Shown here: one piece after another, positions 1 to 12,830 of the stretch
Layout of the letters: each line of letters begins with the position of its first letter
How positions within the stretch are numbered: position 1 is the first letter of the stretch
Origin: Octopus sinensis
Taxonomy: Eukaryota
Length of the DNA: 64,000 nt
Assembly: GCF_006345805.1 (NCBI RefSeq)
Contig: NC_042997.1
Location: 78,616,001-78,680,000 of the forward strand
Reading direction: 5' to 3'
Made by a program: the position numbers and the translations under genes
The notes under the pieces: generated by a model
The model's database searches: none
The model's input: the letters and a program-made list of their open reading frames with translations, nothing else
Told to the model about the DNA's origin: nothing

Positions 1-486
1 CACACATATATATAGATATATACACACACATATATATATATATAAATTCATACAATATATCTAATTAATAATATCTGTTATGATTGTGAAGTGGTGGTGG
101 GAGATAATAATTCACAGTTCTAAAAGACCTGTGGCGGGAATATTTAAACGCTTCCTCTCTATAGATACAGACAGACCAACAGTGAGAGAGGTGGTGGGAG
201 AAAGAGTGAGAGAGAGACGAAGCTGTCAAACGTCGTTATAGAGAGAAATTGGAAGGAAGGAAGGAAAGAGAGAGATGGAGGAAGACAGACGACAAACACG
301 TGTCAAAGTCTGGGTTTTGTTGCCCTAGTAACCACAGCTTTTGAGATAGGGGTTTCTAACCTAGTCCGTCGCTTCCTCGCCTCTTTTTACATGTCTCTGT
401 AAATTTTTGAGCCAATCCAACCCCATCTACTGCCCCTTAAACTATTCCCATCCCAAAATGAGACAAACAACTTTTTCGCATTTCAG

Positions 487-549
<63 letters not shown>

Positions 550-2558
550 TAGTAAAATTAATACTATCGGTAATATGGAGAAAATTATGACTGACCCACC
601 CCTAAAGGAGACATACCAATTCCTCCTAAGAACACTTCAAGGAGATGAATGAAGTGTAGCTTGCCTACACAAAGCGAGGTCTGCTTTCGATAAATATAAA
701 TAACACTAGAAATACTTATACTACCCCATAATAGTATTTATAACCCCCACAGTATACAAATAGTAGCCCCTGATAGTTTAATGTAGGTTATATATATATT
801 ACTCCTTAATTTATAGTGGGTCTTGTTAGGAATAACCGAGGCTCTTGTAGGTATTCAAATAACCAGCCCTTCCTCTTACCCTTTTCCTAAGTTTTAAATG
901 TTATTCCCCCATATCTATTACCTATTTCTTATACCAACTAACCTTTCCCCCATTTTATCATCACCTAACCCCTTGTATTAATGCCTATTATGTCTATCAT
1001 AACTGATTCGAGAACACAAAGACCTTAGGTTTCCTACCATATAGTCTTTTACCCCTAATAACCACTTCAAATCCTAAATCTTATTTAAATTTCAATTTTA
1101 GCTTTTCCTATCTTACTTGTTTTCTTTACCCTCTAGCACCTTTTATACCATGGATGAATTTGTCGACACCTGCAGGAATTTGGACTTATTTCGCTACTAA
1201 CTTTTTGTTCTTTCTTCCATTCACTGCCCTTCCTCCATTTTAATGTACATTATTAGCCCTACATATATGCGAACAATATTTCCCCCATGTTTGATTTATT
1301 CATCTTTTTCATTTTATTTTTTATTATATATTATTTTTTCTTTATTTTATTGTATTCTATGTCCACCCTCCCCCACCTAACATTGTATATGTCTGTTTGT
1401 TTGTGGAACTATGTTAGTTGGGCTTACCAGGAGATATTTGTAAAAATTTGTTGTACTATGTAGAGCGGTATGTGTTGCCCGTTAATTGATATTGTATGGC
1501 TGCACCCACTTAGAGTTATTTGACTATAATTTTTAAATTATTAGATTTTACTGATAGGAATATCTATTTTGAGGGTAATGTAATATAAGCAGAGCCTGTT
1601 GGTTGTAATAGTATTTTTTGCACCCACTTTCAGTTAATATGCATGTTTATAATTTTAATGATTAGGTTTAATTAGCATTTCATTCTTATCTTAGGGTATT
1701 TGTTATTGCTTTTTAAGTATGTTTAGTAACTTTTCCCAGAGTACTAATCTGCATTAACTGTACTCATATAGTGCTAATATACTCTTTTAAATTGTTTTAC
1801 CATAATAGGAACTATATAACTTTAATGACTATGCAATGCTTATTGAGCATATTTAGTATACTGTGACAACTAGGGAGTTTTATTATTTGATAATATTCAA
1901 CTTGTGGTTTGGTCTTAAATATTAACCGCCTAATTGTAAGTGCCTTTTTCTTTGTGCATTGTAGTGTACCTATAAGATGGATTTTTCTTGCGTACAGGCA
2001 CATATCTAATTATTACCACAATTTCATTTTCTAGTAGCCTTAATTGAATCGCTGAATTACCAGTATTAGTTGCCTCCCCTTAACCACAACCCGTAGATTC
2101 TTTCTCTGTTCACTCTTCCCTCATGCAGGTTATAACATTAAGATGTTGAAGGACATAAGCGACCCCACACCACCTATATCATTGACTTCTTCCCCGGAAC
2201 TTTTTCTTTACTTGTTTATTTTATAGACAAATCCATTGTAACGGTTTCAACCTGTGACCTCGGTTCAAATTATAACAGACCAATTGTAGAGATCGCTGGA
2301 CTTATGCTTGCCCCCCCCACACACACACACTTTAAATTGCATCTACTTGTTAATAAATTGTAGTATTCCTCGACCATTACTAGTTCAGTCTTTTACCTAC
2401 GGACCTCGTAGCCCCTAGATGGTAAATTATATGCTTTTAACATATTGGACTTCTAGACATTTTTTCTAGGCCATGTTTTCTTTCCTTTTCCTTCTTCCAT
2501 TTCTTTATATTGCATGCTCTTATTTTTTACTCTGATGAAGCTCCGTGCCTTAATTAGA

Positions 2559-2640
2559 ATGTCCTCTGAAGATGAAGGATTTTATTGTCGCATTTATTTA
2601 TAGACAGCATTTTGGTTTACGGAAACGGCCGTAAGATATG
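2559..2640 (+). ncRNA. Degenerate minimal hammerhead-like motif
   Basis: CTGAAGA at 2566-2572 and GAAAC-GGCC-GTA at 2622-2633 (palindromic ACGGCCGT). Stem I ATGTC(C)T/AGATAT is imperfect and stem II is poorly paired. A second CTGATGA lies at 2532. Confidence 0.4.
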
Positions 2641-2766
2641 TTACGTTGCCTTTTTGTTATGCCATGCTTTGTATTAGAAAATAAGCTATAAATGTCGTCC
2701 AATCAATGTGCTTGTTCATCTGAGGTTTTCTCCATTTTCTGATTATATATATATATATAATATAAT

Positions 2767-3345
2767 GGATATTAGCCAACTGAATATGGCTAGGGATAGG
2801 GCAGGGTGGTGGGGGTGTCACTGTTGCATTTAGCCCCAGGCGAACATCAACGTCACCAGATAGGCCGACGCCATCACGGCGTCCTCTATCTTGCAAAGGG
2901 AGATCATCCACCAAGAAGCGGATACATAGCCATATTCAGTCCCTAGCCATATTCAGTTGGCTAATATCCCTTATATTATGGAGCAGTCACTGTCTATATC
3001 TCATTTAGAGAATTATTATTGCTGTCGAACAGATTTTCGAAATCAGTAAATGTATTTACTTGAAAATCTTTATAGATATCTTGCACGGTTGGTCGTTCAT
3101 CGAGAAGCGATGCCTATCACACGTTGATAATAGGCAATACACCTTGAAACCTAGGTCCGTGTGTGGTATCCGCTTCTTGGTGGATGATCTCCCTTTGCAA
3201 GATAGAGGACGCCGTGATGGCGTCGGCCTATCTGGTGACGTTGATGTTCGCCTGGGGCTAAATGCAACAGTGACACCCCCACCACCCTGCCCTATCCCTA
3301 GCCATATTCAGTTGGCTAATATCCCTTATATTATGGAGCAGTCAC
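2767..3345 (+). mobile_element. PLE pLTR / retrozyme-like module with inverted plus tandem duplication
   Basis: 2767-2925 is the reverse complement of 3166-3324. 2941-2990 is directly repeated at 3296-3345 (355-bp period). One hammerhead lies within the period. Confidence 0.8.
3118..3163 (+). ncRNA. Minimal type I hammerhead ribozyme, U3:A8 core variant
   Basis: CACACG-TTGATAA-TAGG caataca CCTT-GAAAC-CTAG-GTC-CGTGTG: 6-bp stem I, stem II with terminal U.U mismatch, palindromic stem III ACCTAGGT. Predicted cut after 3157. Confidence 0.75.
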
Positions 3346-5750
3346 CACGCATTAACGCTGCCAAAACCTCGGACCCTACACTGCGACAATGTTCTGCTGT
3401 TTCTATCAAGGTTGCCCTCAGTAGCTGCCGAACCTCCTCTGCTGAAAGTAGGTGGCATTATATCAGGGAAGCTTTGTATACCACATCAACAGATACCTTC
3501 GGCATGAAAGAAAGGCAAAACCCAGATTGGTTCAGTGCTGGGCTCTCAGAGCTGGAAACAGTTATCGAAGCAAAACGTGCAGCTCTGATGCAATACAAGA
3601 GTGATTCTTCTACAAAGTCACTCGAAGAACTCAGAAAGGCAAGAAATAAAACCCAACTGACTGCCAGACGCTATACAAATAGGTATTGGCAAGAAATCTG
3701 TCAGAGTATCCAGTCAGCTGCTGACAGTGGCGACACCCGTGGGATGTATGCCGGTTTGAATAAGACCCTCGGTCCATCCGCAACCAAGTCAGCCCTCTGA
3801 AATCAACTACTGGAGATCTCATCAAGGACCAAAGCAAGCAAATGGATAGATGGGTGGAGTACTACCAGGATCTCTCCTCACGGGAGACCACGGTAACTGA
3901 GGCTGCAATCGAGGGCGTCAAGATCTTGCCAGTCATGTGCGAACTTGACAGTCTGCCATCTATAGCAGAGCTCACCAAGGCTATTGACTCCCTAGCAAGT
4001 AACAAAGCTCCGGGAAAAGACGGCATCCCCTTAGAGATCATCAAAACCGGCAAAAACACCATCCTGCTGCGGCACCTTCATGAGCTTCTGTGTCAGAGCT
4101 GGGAAGAGGGTACAATCCCTTAGGATATGCGGGATGCTAACATCAATACGCTTTACAAAAACAAAGGTGACTGTGGTGATTGTAACAATTACCGTGGACT
4201 ATCTCTTCTAAGCACTGTTGGAAAGGCCTTTGCTTGCGTTATCCTGTCCAGACTACAACTGCTTGCTTCTCGAATTTATCCAGAATCGCAGTGTGGCTTT
4301 AGAAGAAGCAGATCAACTCCATACGCCAACTTCAGAAGAAGTCCAGAGAACAGAAAATACCATTATATATGGCCTTCATTGATCTGACAAAGGCCTTTGA
4401 CTTGGTAAGTAGAAAAGACCTATTCATCCTGCTCCAAAACATCGGATGTCCACCAAAGCTGCTGAGAATCATCAAATCTTTCCATGATGATATGCAAGGC
4501 ACCATACAGCACAATGGTTCAACATCAGCCACCTTCCAAATAAAAAATGGGGTAAAGCAAGGTTGTGTCCTTGCTCCTACATTATTTGGCATCTTCTCGC
4601 TGCTGCTGTCACATGCCTTTGAGACATCAGATGATGGAGTGTTTCTGCACAGTAGAAGTGACGGGAAACTGTTCAATCTCTCGCGTCTGCATGCCAAGAC
4701 CAAAATCAGAAGCGTCTTGATCAAGGAGATGCTATTTGCTGACGATGCCGCTCTGGTATCACACACAGAAGAAGCCCTACAAAGGCTCATCAACTGTTTT
4801 GAGCAAGTATGTGGCAACTTTGGCTTAGTTATCAGCCTCAAGAAGACCAACATCATGGATCAGGCTATATCGGACATCCCAAACATACATATTGGAGACC
4901 ACAGACTACAGGAGGTGGAGAAGTTTACCTATCTTGGCTCTACCGTCACCTACAACCTATCCATTGATGCTGAGCTCAATATACGCATTGGCAAGGCAGC
5001 TGCTGTGATAGCCCAACTCTCCAAACGGGCATGGGACAACAATAAGCTGACCAAGACCACAAAAATGAATATTTACCAGGCATGTGTACTTAGCACTCTA
5101 CTGTATGGAAGTGAGACTTGGACGCCATACACACGCCAAGAGCGTCGCCTAAATATCTTTCACCTGCGCTGCCTCCGGAAAATCCTTCGCATCAAATAGC
5201 AGAATCATGTCCCCAACAAAGACGTCATCAAGCAAGCAGGGATACCAAGCATGTTTGCACTCCTCACACAAAGACGTATGAGATGGCTTGGACATGTTAG
5301 CCGTATGGAAGATGACAGAATCCCCAAGGACATACTCAACGGAGAGCTTGCTAGAGGCACTAGGTCTGTGGGAAGACCGTTCTTACAATACAAGGATGTT
5401 TGCAAAAGGGACGTGAATGCCTGCAACATCAATATTACCAACTGGGAAGCAGTTGCCAGCAACCGTGGAGATTGGCGACGTACCGTAAAAGAGGGAACAC
5501 AAAGGAGGGACATAGAGAGAGAGGAGAAATGGAAAGACAAGAAAATACGTCAACAAGAAACTATGACATTACAACCAGCCAGGCAAAGTCTTCGCTACAT
5601 TTGCGGCACCTGCCAGAGGGAGTGTTTGTCCAGGATAGGACTACACAACCACAGCAGCAGATGTATTAGGACATGAAATGTAAAAGCCGGACTAGATTAT
5701 TTTACGTGTAATTCCATTGTCTCCCGAGACCAAAAGGATGCCAACAACAA
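3346..5750 (+). mobile_element. RTE-clade LINE, 5'-truncated, frameshifted/stop-interrupted RT
   Basis: KAPGKDGIP, YRGLSLLS, ESQCGFR, FIDLTKAFD, GVKQGCVLAPTLF, FADD; C-terminal CGTC..H..C finger; 3' tail ending CCAACAACAA at 5750. Confidence 0.95.
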
Positions 5751-6020
5751 TATATATGGATTTCGTAGACAGGAACTGAAACAAATCAATCGTATATATA
5801 TGTATGTATATATATGTAAGTCTATGTGTGTATCTTTATGTTTCTCCCTCATCACTGCTTCACAACTGCTCTTCATTTATTTATATCCACATAACTTACT
5901 GGTTTCTCAAGAACAAACCAATAGAATCAGTACCAGGCTTATCAACATAAAAAAAGCTCTAGGCTGTGTCTCATATTTTTATTTGCCCCCTCATTTGTAT
6001 CTATCAATTTATCTTTGTCT

Positions 6021-6079
<59 letters not shown>

Positions 6080-6083
<4 letters not shown>

Positions 6084-7401
6084 ACATCATATGGGAGCCT
6101 TAACTCCAAAATTTTAGTCACTTCTTTTATGATCCAAAACTAGGTCAAAAGTACTGAATGGATCTTTATGAAATTTGGAAATTATATTCTATACATAAGG
6201 GCCATTACCCCCATGACAATTCATATATTTTTGCTGTTGATGAAATTTTAACCATAGATATTAGACACAAATGAAGTAATATTTATAAAATTTCATCTTC
6301 TTACAAGTTAGAAAGACCCCCTCCATGGGGACTTAACACCCACAATTTTGTCATTTTATCTAAGCTAAAACGAATACAGTTGTGCTCTTGGAAGCTGTAG
6401 GGTTACCCGAGCATAAAAGTTGAGCATTATTTCCAATTCAATGGTACAACAGTGTAACAGTTTGCTTTGACATACACTTACATTGTCATTTCTGCAATGT
6501 GGTGCATAAATTGTCAAGTAAATGAGAGGTATTTTTGCCTCCACTAATTCAGTTGCAAAGTATTGAATAAAGTTATTTGATTGCAGACCTCCTTTCAGTC
6601 TTTTTTATTATCACTGGGTCACACATAGTCTCCAGATGGTAACATTGATTTCAAGGCCTTCCCAGATGAGTGACTGGTTATTCAAAGACATTTATAGATT
6701 GTAAATTTATTCTGTCCAGTTACGTATCAGTATAGTGGTCATTTGCAAACTCCAGTGGTGACACTTTCATTTCTCCTTAGCCCTCACGTCACACAGTTGT
6801 TAATGTTGATTTCAGTTGGGTCACGCCCTTCCAATTTCTATAAATTCGTAATGCATCTTACGGCTGTGCCTGTCACCTGGATGGTGAGGAATCCTACATT
6901 GGGAGTGGTAACGACTATGGTAGGGTAACTGACTGCTTATTGTGACCATTCGTCTTTTGGTCTCCTGTAGCTTTGCTCTCTTTTACAAACCCCGTGAACA
7001 TATATTTCCTATTTCAAAGAAATTCAAACAATAGATATAAGCCCCAAGTTAAAAAGATTCTCAACAATTCAACTTCTCTGGTTGACATTAAGATGCCCAC
7101 CCCCAACAGGGGCCTTAACTCTCACATTTTAGAGCTCCATGACCTTCATTTTTCAGGAGCAAAATCTTTTTAACAGGTTCAATAAGACTGGAATTTTGGA
7201 ATATGCGCATAAAAATTAGTAGTATGGGATACATGTGGCACGATTACAATTTTTTTAGGGTGTGTAAAGAGGGAAATAACCCTCATCTGCAATTTTGATG
7301 AAATTTGAAACATAGATATTCCAGTTCATTATAGAAAATATAACAGAGAAGTTTAATTCTTCACTTGAATGTAACCGGGCAACGCCGGGTATCTCTGCTA
7401 G
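6080..7401 (+). mobile_element. Non-autonomous Helitron-like element (3' end clear, 5' end uncertain)
   Basis: Hairpin CCGGGCAACGCCGGG (7375-7389) followed by CTAG (7398-7401) then T. Same 3' signature as three other elements in the window. Confidence 0.6.
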
Positions 7402-7555
7402 TTTATACATATATATATACTTATATATTATTTTATATCTTTTAATTTTACCCTTTCTTTATACAATATTATTTATATGTAATTCTTATTCACACATCGT
7501 ACCTTTTTTATATGTATATATATATATGTATGTATATTTTTACTTTTATATACAT

Positions 7556-7727
7556 AAGCGTAGGAGTGGCTGTGTGGTAAGTAGCTTGCTTACGAACCAC
7601 ATGGTTCCGGGTTCAGTTCCACTGCGTGGTACCTTAGGCAAGTGTCTTCTACTTTAGCCTCGGGCCGACCAAAGCCTTGTGAGTGGATTTGGTAGACGGA
7701 AACTGAAAGAAGCCCGTCGTATATATG

Positions 7728-7786
<59 letters not shown>

Positions 7787-8012
7787 TGTGTGTGGTGTGT
7801 GTGTGTGTGTTGTGTTTGTTCCCCCAACATCGCTTGACAACCGATGCTGGTGTGTTTATGTCCCCGTAACTTAGCGGTTCGGCAAAAGAGACCGATAGAA
7901 TAAGTACTAGGCTTACAAAGAATAAGTCCTGGGGTCGATTTCCTCGACTAAAGGCGGTGCTCCAGCATGGCCACTGTCAAATGACTGAAACAAGTAAAAG
8001 AGTAAAAGAGTA
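7556..8012 (+). mobile_element. tRNA-derived SINE (family 1), full length with internal microsatellite
   Basis: A-box-like TGGCTGTGTGG, B-box-like GGTTCAGTTCC, conserved body, AGTAAAAG tail repeats. Further copies at 21.2, 25.7, 63.2 and 63.7 kb. Confidence 0.9.
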
Positions 8013-8119
8013 TATTTATATTTATTGCATATATTTTACTTTTTGATACATATATATATAATTCTTATTTACATTTGCAAATCACATATCGTACATTTTT
8101 TTTATGAATGAGCTACTCC

Positions 8120-9990
8120 ACGTCGATCACCAGAGTGATATTTTATCACTTTATAGAGTGTTTGAGTGTCGGTTTGGTGTCTGGAATGGAATAGCTTACC
8201 TCATGGGCAGGTAGAAGCTCTTTAACCTTGGTTGGTTATCTACTTAGAAGAAGGAAATCTCTGAAATAAAACCTGAGGCCTTGAAAGTTCCTGGTTTTGT
8301 CAATTCCCATGTCACACCGGCGAAAGTCTTCTTGGGCCAATAGTGCAGTGCAAGCTACACCGACTGAAAATTATTCATCTATACAGGTACTTCCTGTACT
8401 CGAAATCTTGGTAAAAGCATTGAATTGGTTGGCAGAAACCTAAAAATGCACTTGTAACTTACTCTAAAATGTCTCAAACATATTCAGTAAATGGCAAAAA
8501 AGGCTTGGGAACGTTAGGGGAACAGGTCTGGCTCGGCAGGTGTCCCAGTGTATCACCGGCTGAACCCGGTCGTCCTCCTGCCACTATGGTCAAACAATCT
8601 TCAAGAAAAAGTAAAATAAACATCCTTTGAATTTTGGTTGTTGGAATGTGCGCACACTTCTTGATGATAATTTCAACAAGAGGCCAGAAAGGCATACTGC
8701 ACTTGTTGCATCTAAGCTTAAGAAATATTCCTTTGAGAGTGCAACTATTTGCGCTCTCTGAAACTCATCTCTCTGGTGAGGGTCAAATAAATGAACCTAC
8801 TTATGATATAGTATCTTTTGGAGAGGCCTACCTAAGGGTCAGTGTAGAGAATCTGGTGTTGGGTTTGCTCCCAAGAATACATTAGTATCCTCCATTGCAG
8901 AGCTTCCAAGTGGTATATCTGAGCGGATCATGTCATGCCATATTAAACTGACAAAAGGTAGGTTTCTTACCATTGTCAGTATTTATGCACCAACAATGTC
9001 CCATTCTGATGAAACTGTAGGACAGTTTTATGATGATCTAGCACAATTATTGAGGAAAGTACCAATTTCTGACAAGCTAGTAATATTGGGAGATTTTAGT
9101 GAAAGAGTTGGAAAGGACTATGTTTCATTGCCTGTTTTAGGTTGACATGGGATTGGAAAATGCAATAAAAATGAAGTAGCTCTTTTCACGTTTTGTACTG
9201 AGAATAATCTGGTTGTCACCAACACTCTGTTTAAGCGGAAAAATACATATAAAACCACCTTGATGCACCCAAGATCTAAGCACTGGCATCTGATAGATTA
9301 TATTCTGATCAGAAGACGAGATATGAAAGACGTTTCTAGTGTTCGGGCCATGAGATGGGCAGAGAGTTGAACTGACCATCATCTAGTGCATGCAAAAATA
9401 GTTTTTTCGATAATGCCTAAAAATCGACAGTATGGTCCTAAGGTACCCAAAATGTTAAATGTTGCAAACTTTAAATTATCTAGCAACTTGCAAAGATTCT
9501 ACGATGCTATAGAAAGGATCGGTCTTGGCCCAAACAATCTATGGGAAGATTTCAAAACAAAAGTATTTCAGGCTGCAAGTTCGTCAGTGGGATTTAAATC
9601 TCATAAATCCAGTGACTGGTTCTAAGAAAGATCAGCAGAAATTCATAATCTACTTTTAGAAAAAAAACTTAGGCAATACACTTCTTTCTCACTCCTTGAA
9701 CCCCAACTCAAACAAAGCCTACAGAAAGCTGAAAAGTGCAGACTGCTCTAAGGAAAATTAAACAGGAACGGTGGAATGATAGAGCAAAAGGGGCACAAGA
9801 AGCAGCTGATAGAAATGAAGCCAAGGGTTTGTACTTTTGTGTTAAGGAGGTATATGACCCAAAATCTTCTTCAATAGCTCCAGTGAGAACAACAAATGGA
9901 CATTTTCTTCTGACTGACACCGCTTCTATTCATAAGCGTTGGGTAGAACATTTTTCCCACTTTTGAATAGACTATCATCCGTTACCATAA
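8120..9990 (+). mobile_element. RTE-clade LINE 5' part (APE endonuclease), decayed
   Basis: ALSETHL, IVSIYAPT, LVILGDF, HPRSKHWHLIDYIL, TDHHLV motifs across frames. Start coordinate approximate. Confidence 0.85.
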
Positions 9991-10009
9991 GGACGATAGA
10001 AAAAAAATA

Positions 10010-10780
10010 CATACACACATACATACGTACATACATACATATATTCACACATACATACATACATACATACATACATACATACATACATACATACATACAT
10101 ACATACATACATACATACATACATACAAACTGCAGTGTGAGAAGAAAAATACATAGGGCAATCAAGTAATCACTGATTTATGACTACGTCAGCCATTACA
10201 TTTCCTTCAGGATACCATATCTAATCTCGGTTGTCTCTCTTGCTACATACTTCCGCTTCCTGTTTCTATCATGCTGAGAACAAATACCCACTTTTCATAC
10301 ACACAAAAGAATTTTAACAATTAATGCCAATATGTTCTTTGGTTATTATATATTTATATTAAAAACTGAGAGTATATGTCTAAATAAATTATATTAGTGT
10401 AAAATGCATGTAGGTGTATGTACATAAATTTTATGTACAACATGTATGTTCATATATATGTATATATATATTTATGTATGAATAAGTATGTATGTATGTA
10501 TGTATGTATGTATGTATGTATGTATGTATGTATGTGCATGTATGTGTGTGTTTGTGTGTGTTTGTGTGTGTATGTGTGTGCGCGTACGTGTAATTGTGTG
10601 TGGGTGTATAGATATCTGTATAGACATATTAACGGAAGTACGGCTGTATATGGATGCGTTTGTATGTGCTCCTGTTGATGTGTTCACATTTGTGTATGTA
10701 TGTATGTATGTATGTATGTATGTATGTATGTATGTATGTATGTATGTATGTTTGTATGTATATATGTATGTTTATTCAGA
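10010..10780. repeat. (TACA)n/(TATG)n/(TG)n microsatellite field
   Basis: Direct reading of tandem units. Confidence 0.95.
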
Positions 10781-11401
10781 TTTCAGTAAAACTGTCAGCT
10801 ATTTGATAAAATCATATTTAAGTCGTAGGTGGATGTTTGTACATTAAACAGTTTGATCTAAATATACAATTCATATGAAATAAACATATCAGCCTCTGAC
10901 AGATGAGAAATTCTTTGTAATAATAATAAACAAACATGAAATTGGGTTGTTGTAGAATGAATATGTTGAATATAGGTGTATATTACATCCATACATGTAC
11001 ACAAAATAGACGTTATATTCCATTTCAATAGATTCTAACTTACAACTTTCTGTTACTGAGAGTTTGATATTCATGCCGTTTCAAAAACGTCAGATTGAAC
11101 GCATGCGGTGTTATCAGCGTGCTTCATCGAAACACCGAGGGAAGAATATGTTTTACCAGCCTCATGCGAGGATTATCAAAGGACGCGGATATGAAACTTA
11201 TAGTTGAACTATAAACTATAATTCTATGTACTAAACATTTATTCCAACAAACGTATTGCGCTTTACTTTATTTTGTAGAATGTTCGTGGATGTAATAACC
11301 CTTACACACACATTACAGGCTTTATATACTTATGACGTATACGATAAAATCGTGCAAAAAGTAAGAGCGAACTCAATATTATATATATATATATATATAT
11401 A

Positions 11402-11442
<41 letters not shown>

Positions 11443-11445
<3 letters not shown>

Positions 11446-11808
11446 ATATAAACGGCAGTTTGTCTGTGCGTTTTCTGTGTGTCTGTTTTCTCGTACCCTC
11501 ACTCTGACCACGGCTTTCAACCGATTCTGATGAAACTTGACACACACATAGCCCAATGTCATAATTCAAAACTAACGCAGCGAAAATTTTGAAAAGTTCC
11601 CCCAGTTCTGAAAAAAATCGATAAATTCGACATGGGGTCAAGAATCAGAAACCCAAACCACAGACCGTCTAGGGGACGCAACTCCACCTTTTTTAACTCT
11701 GAAAAAAAATTTACCATCATTTTTTTTCTATTTTTTGGCTATAACTCTCTAAAAATGCTTTATAGTTATTTCCCTTACAACCTGAGCAACGCCAGGCGAT
11801 ACTGCTAG
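11443..11808 (+). mobile_element. Non-autonomous Helitron (366 bp)
   Basis: 5' TC at 11443; 3' hairpin CCTGAGCAACGCCAGG plus CTAG (11805-11808); inserted between A and T; 3' part shared with 60480-60625. Confidence 0.85.
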
Positions 11809-11809
11809 T

Positions 11810-12395
11810 ATATATATATAAACATATATATATATATATATTATATATAATATATATATATATATATATAAACATATATATATACATATATATATACATA
11901 CATTCATACATACATACATACATACAAATATACATATACATACATAGATGTGTATGTGTATGTGCGTTTGTGCATGCATATATATTATATATACACATAC
12001 ATTGAGAGAGAGAGAGATACCGACGGCGACTAGCATATTTATTCTTAATACGCTTCGTCAGGTTCGAACGTTAATATGCAGTGGTGCTTCATCATTGGAG
12101 AACAACTTCATAACACACTCGATTCATTAACGTATATTGAATGATGATACTCTTTGTGGAGCTCGAATTCACCATTGGCAGTCGTACACAAGAATTACTC
12201 TGTGTGTGTGTATGTGCGTGTGTGTGTGTGAAGATAAATTCTAAAATAAATGCTTTGTTGTGTATGCAGTTTCCCGGGTGATTAATTCACAGTTAATACA
12301 GTCCGGCTAAAATTCAATTCCCATCGAAATAAAAATGGAAGATTGAATACATTTCTACAGATGAGCATATATGTATGTATATATATATATATAAT

Positions 12396-12428
<33 letters not shown>

Positions 12429-12476
12429 GCGTGACTATGTGTATGTGCAAATATATATGTCTGTGTGTGTATATGA

Positions 12477-12510
<34 letters not shown>

Positions 12511-12717
12511 GTGGTGTGTGTGTGTGTGTGCGCGCGCGCATGTGTGCGTGTTTTAATCATAAGCAATGCTTCAGCAAAGATTCAATGATTTTTTAATATA
12601 TTAACACTTAAAACAACCACTTTAAAGATTTCTATTCTAGGTGGCTTGATTGCGTTCCTACGAACAGGTAACTCCAGGCCATATCAATATATCTGTGTCT
12701 GTGTCTGTGTGTGTGTG

Positions 12718-12748
<31 letters not shown>

Positions 12749-12781
12749 TTTTGTGTGTGTGTTTTTGTGTGTGTGTGTGTG

Positions 12782-12817
<36 letters not shown>

Positions 12818-12830
12818 CATTTTATTCAAG
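11810..12830. repeat. Compound (TA)n/(TG)n/(CATA)n microsatellites
   Basis: Direct reading. Confidence 0.9.

Noticed and set aside
560-2500. Strand-skewed AT-rich stretch possibly belonging to the adjacent PLE-type modules
   Set aside because: No recognisable ORF motif, repeat partner or boundary; left unannotated.
12020-12070. Minus-strand CTGACGA with a good 8-bp stem II
   Set aside because: GAAA and the stem I partner are missing; at most a remnant.
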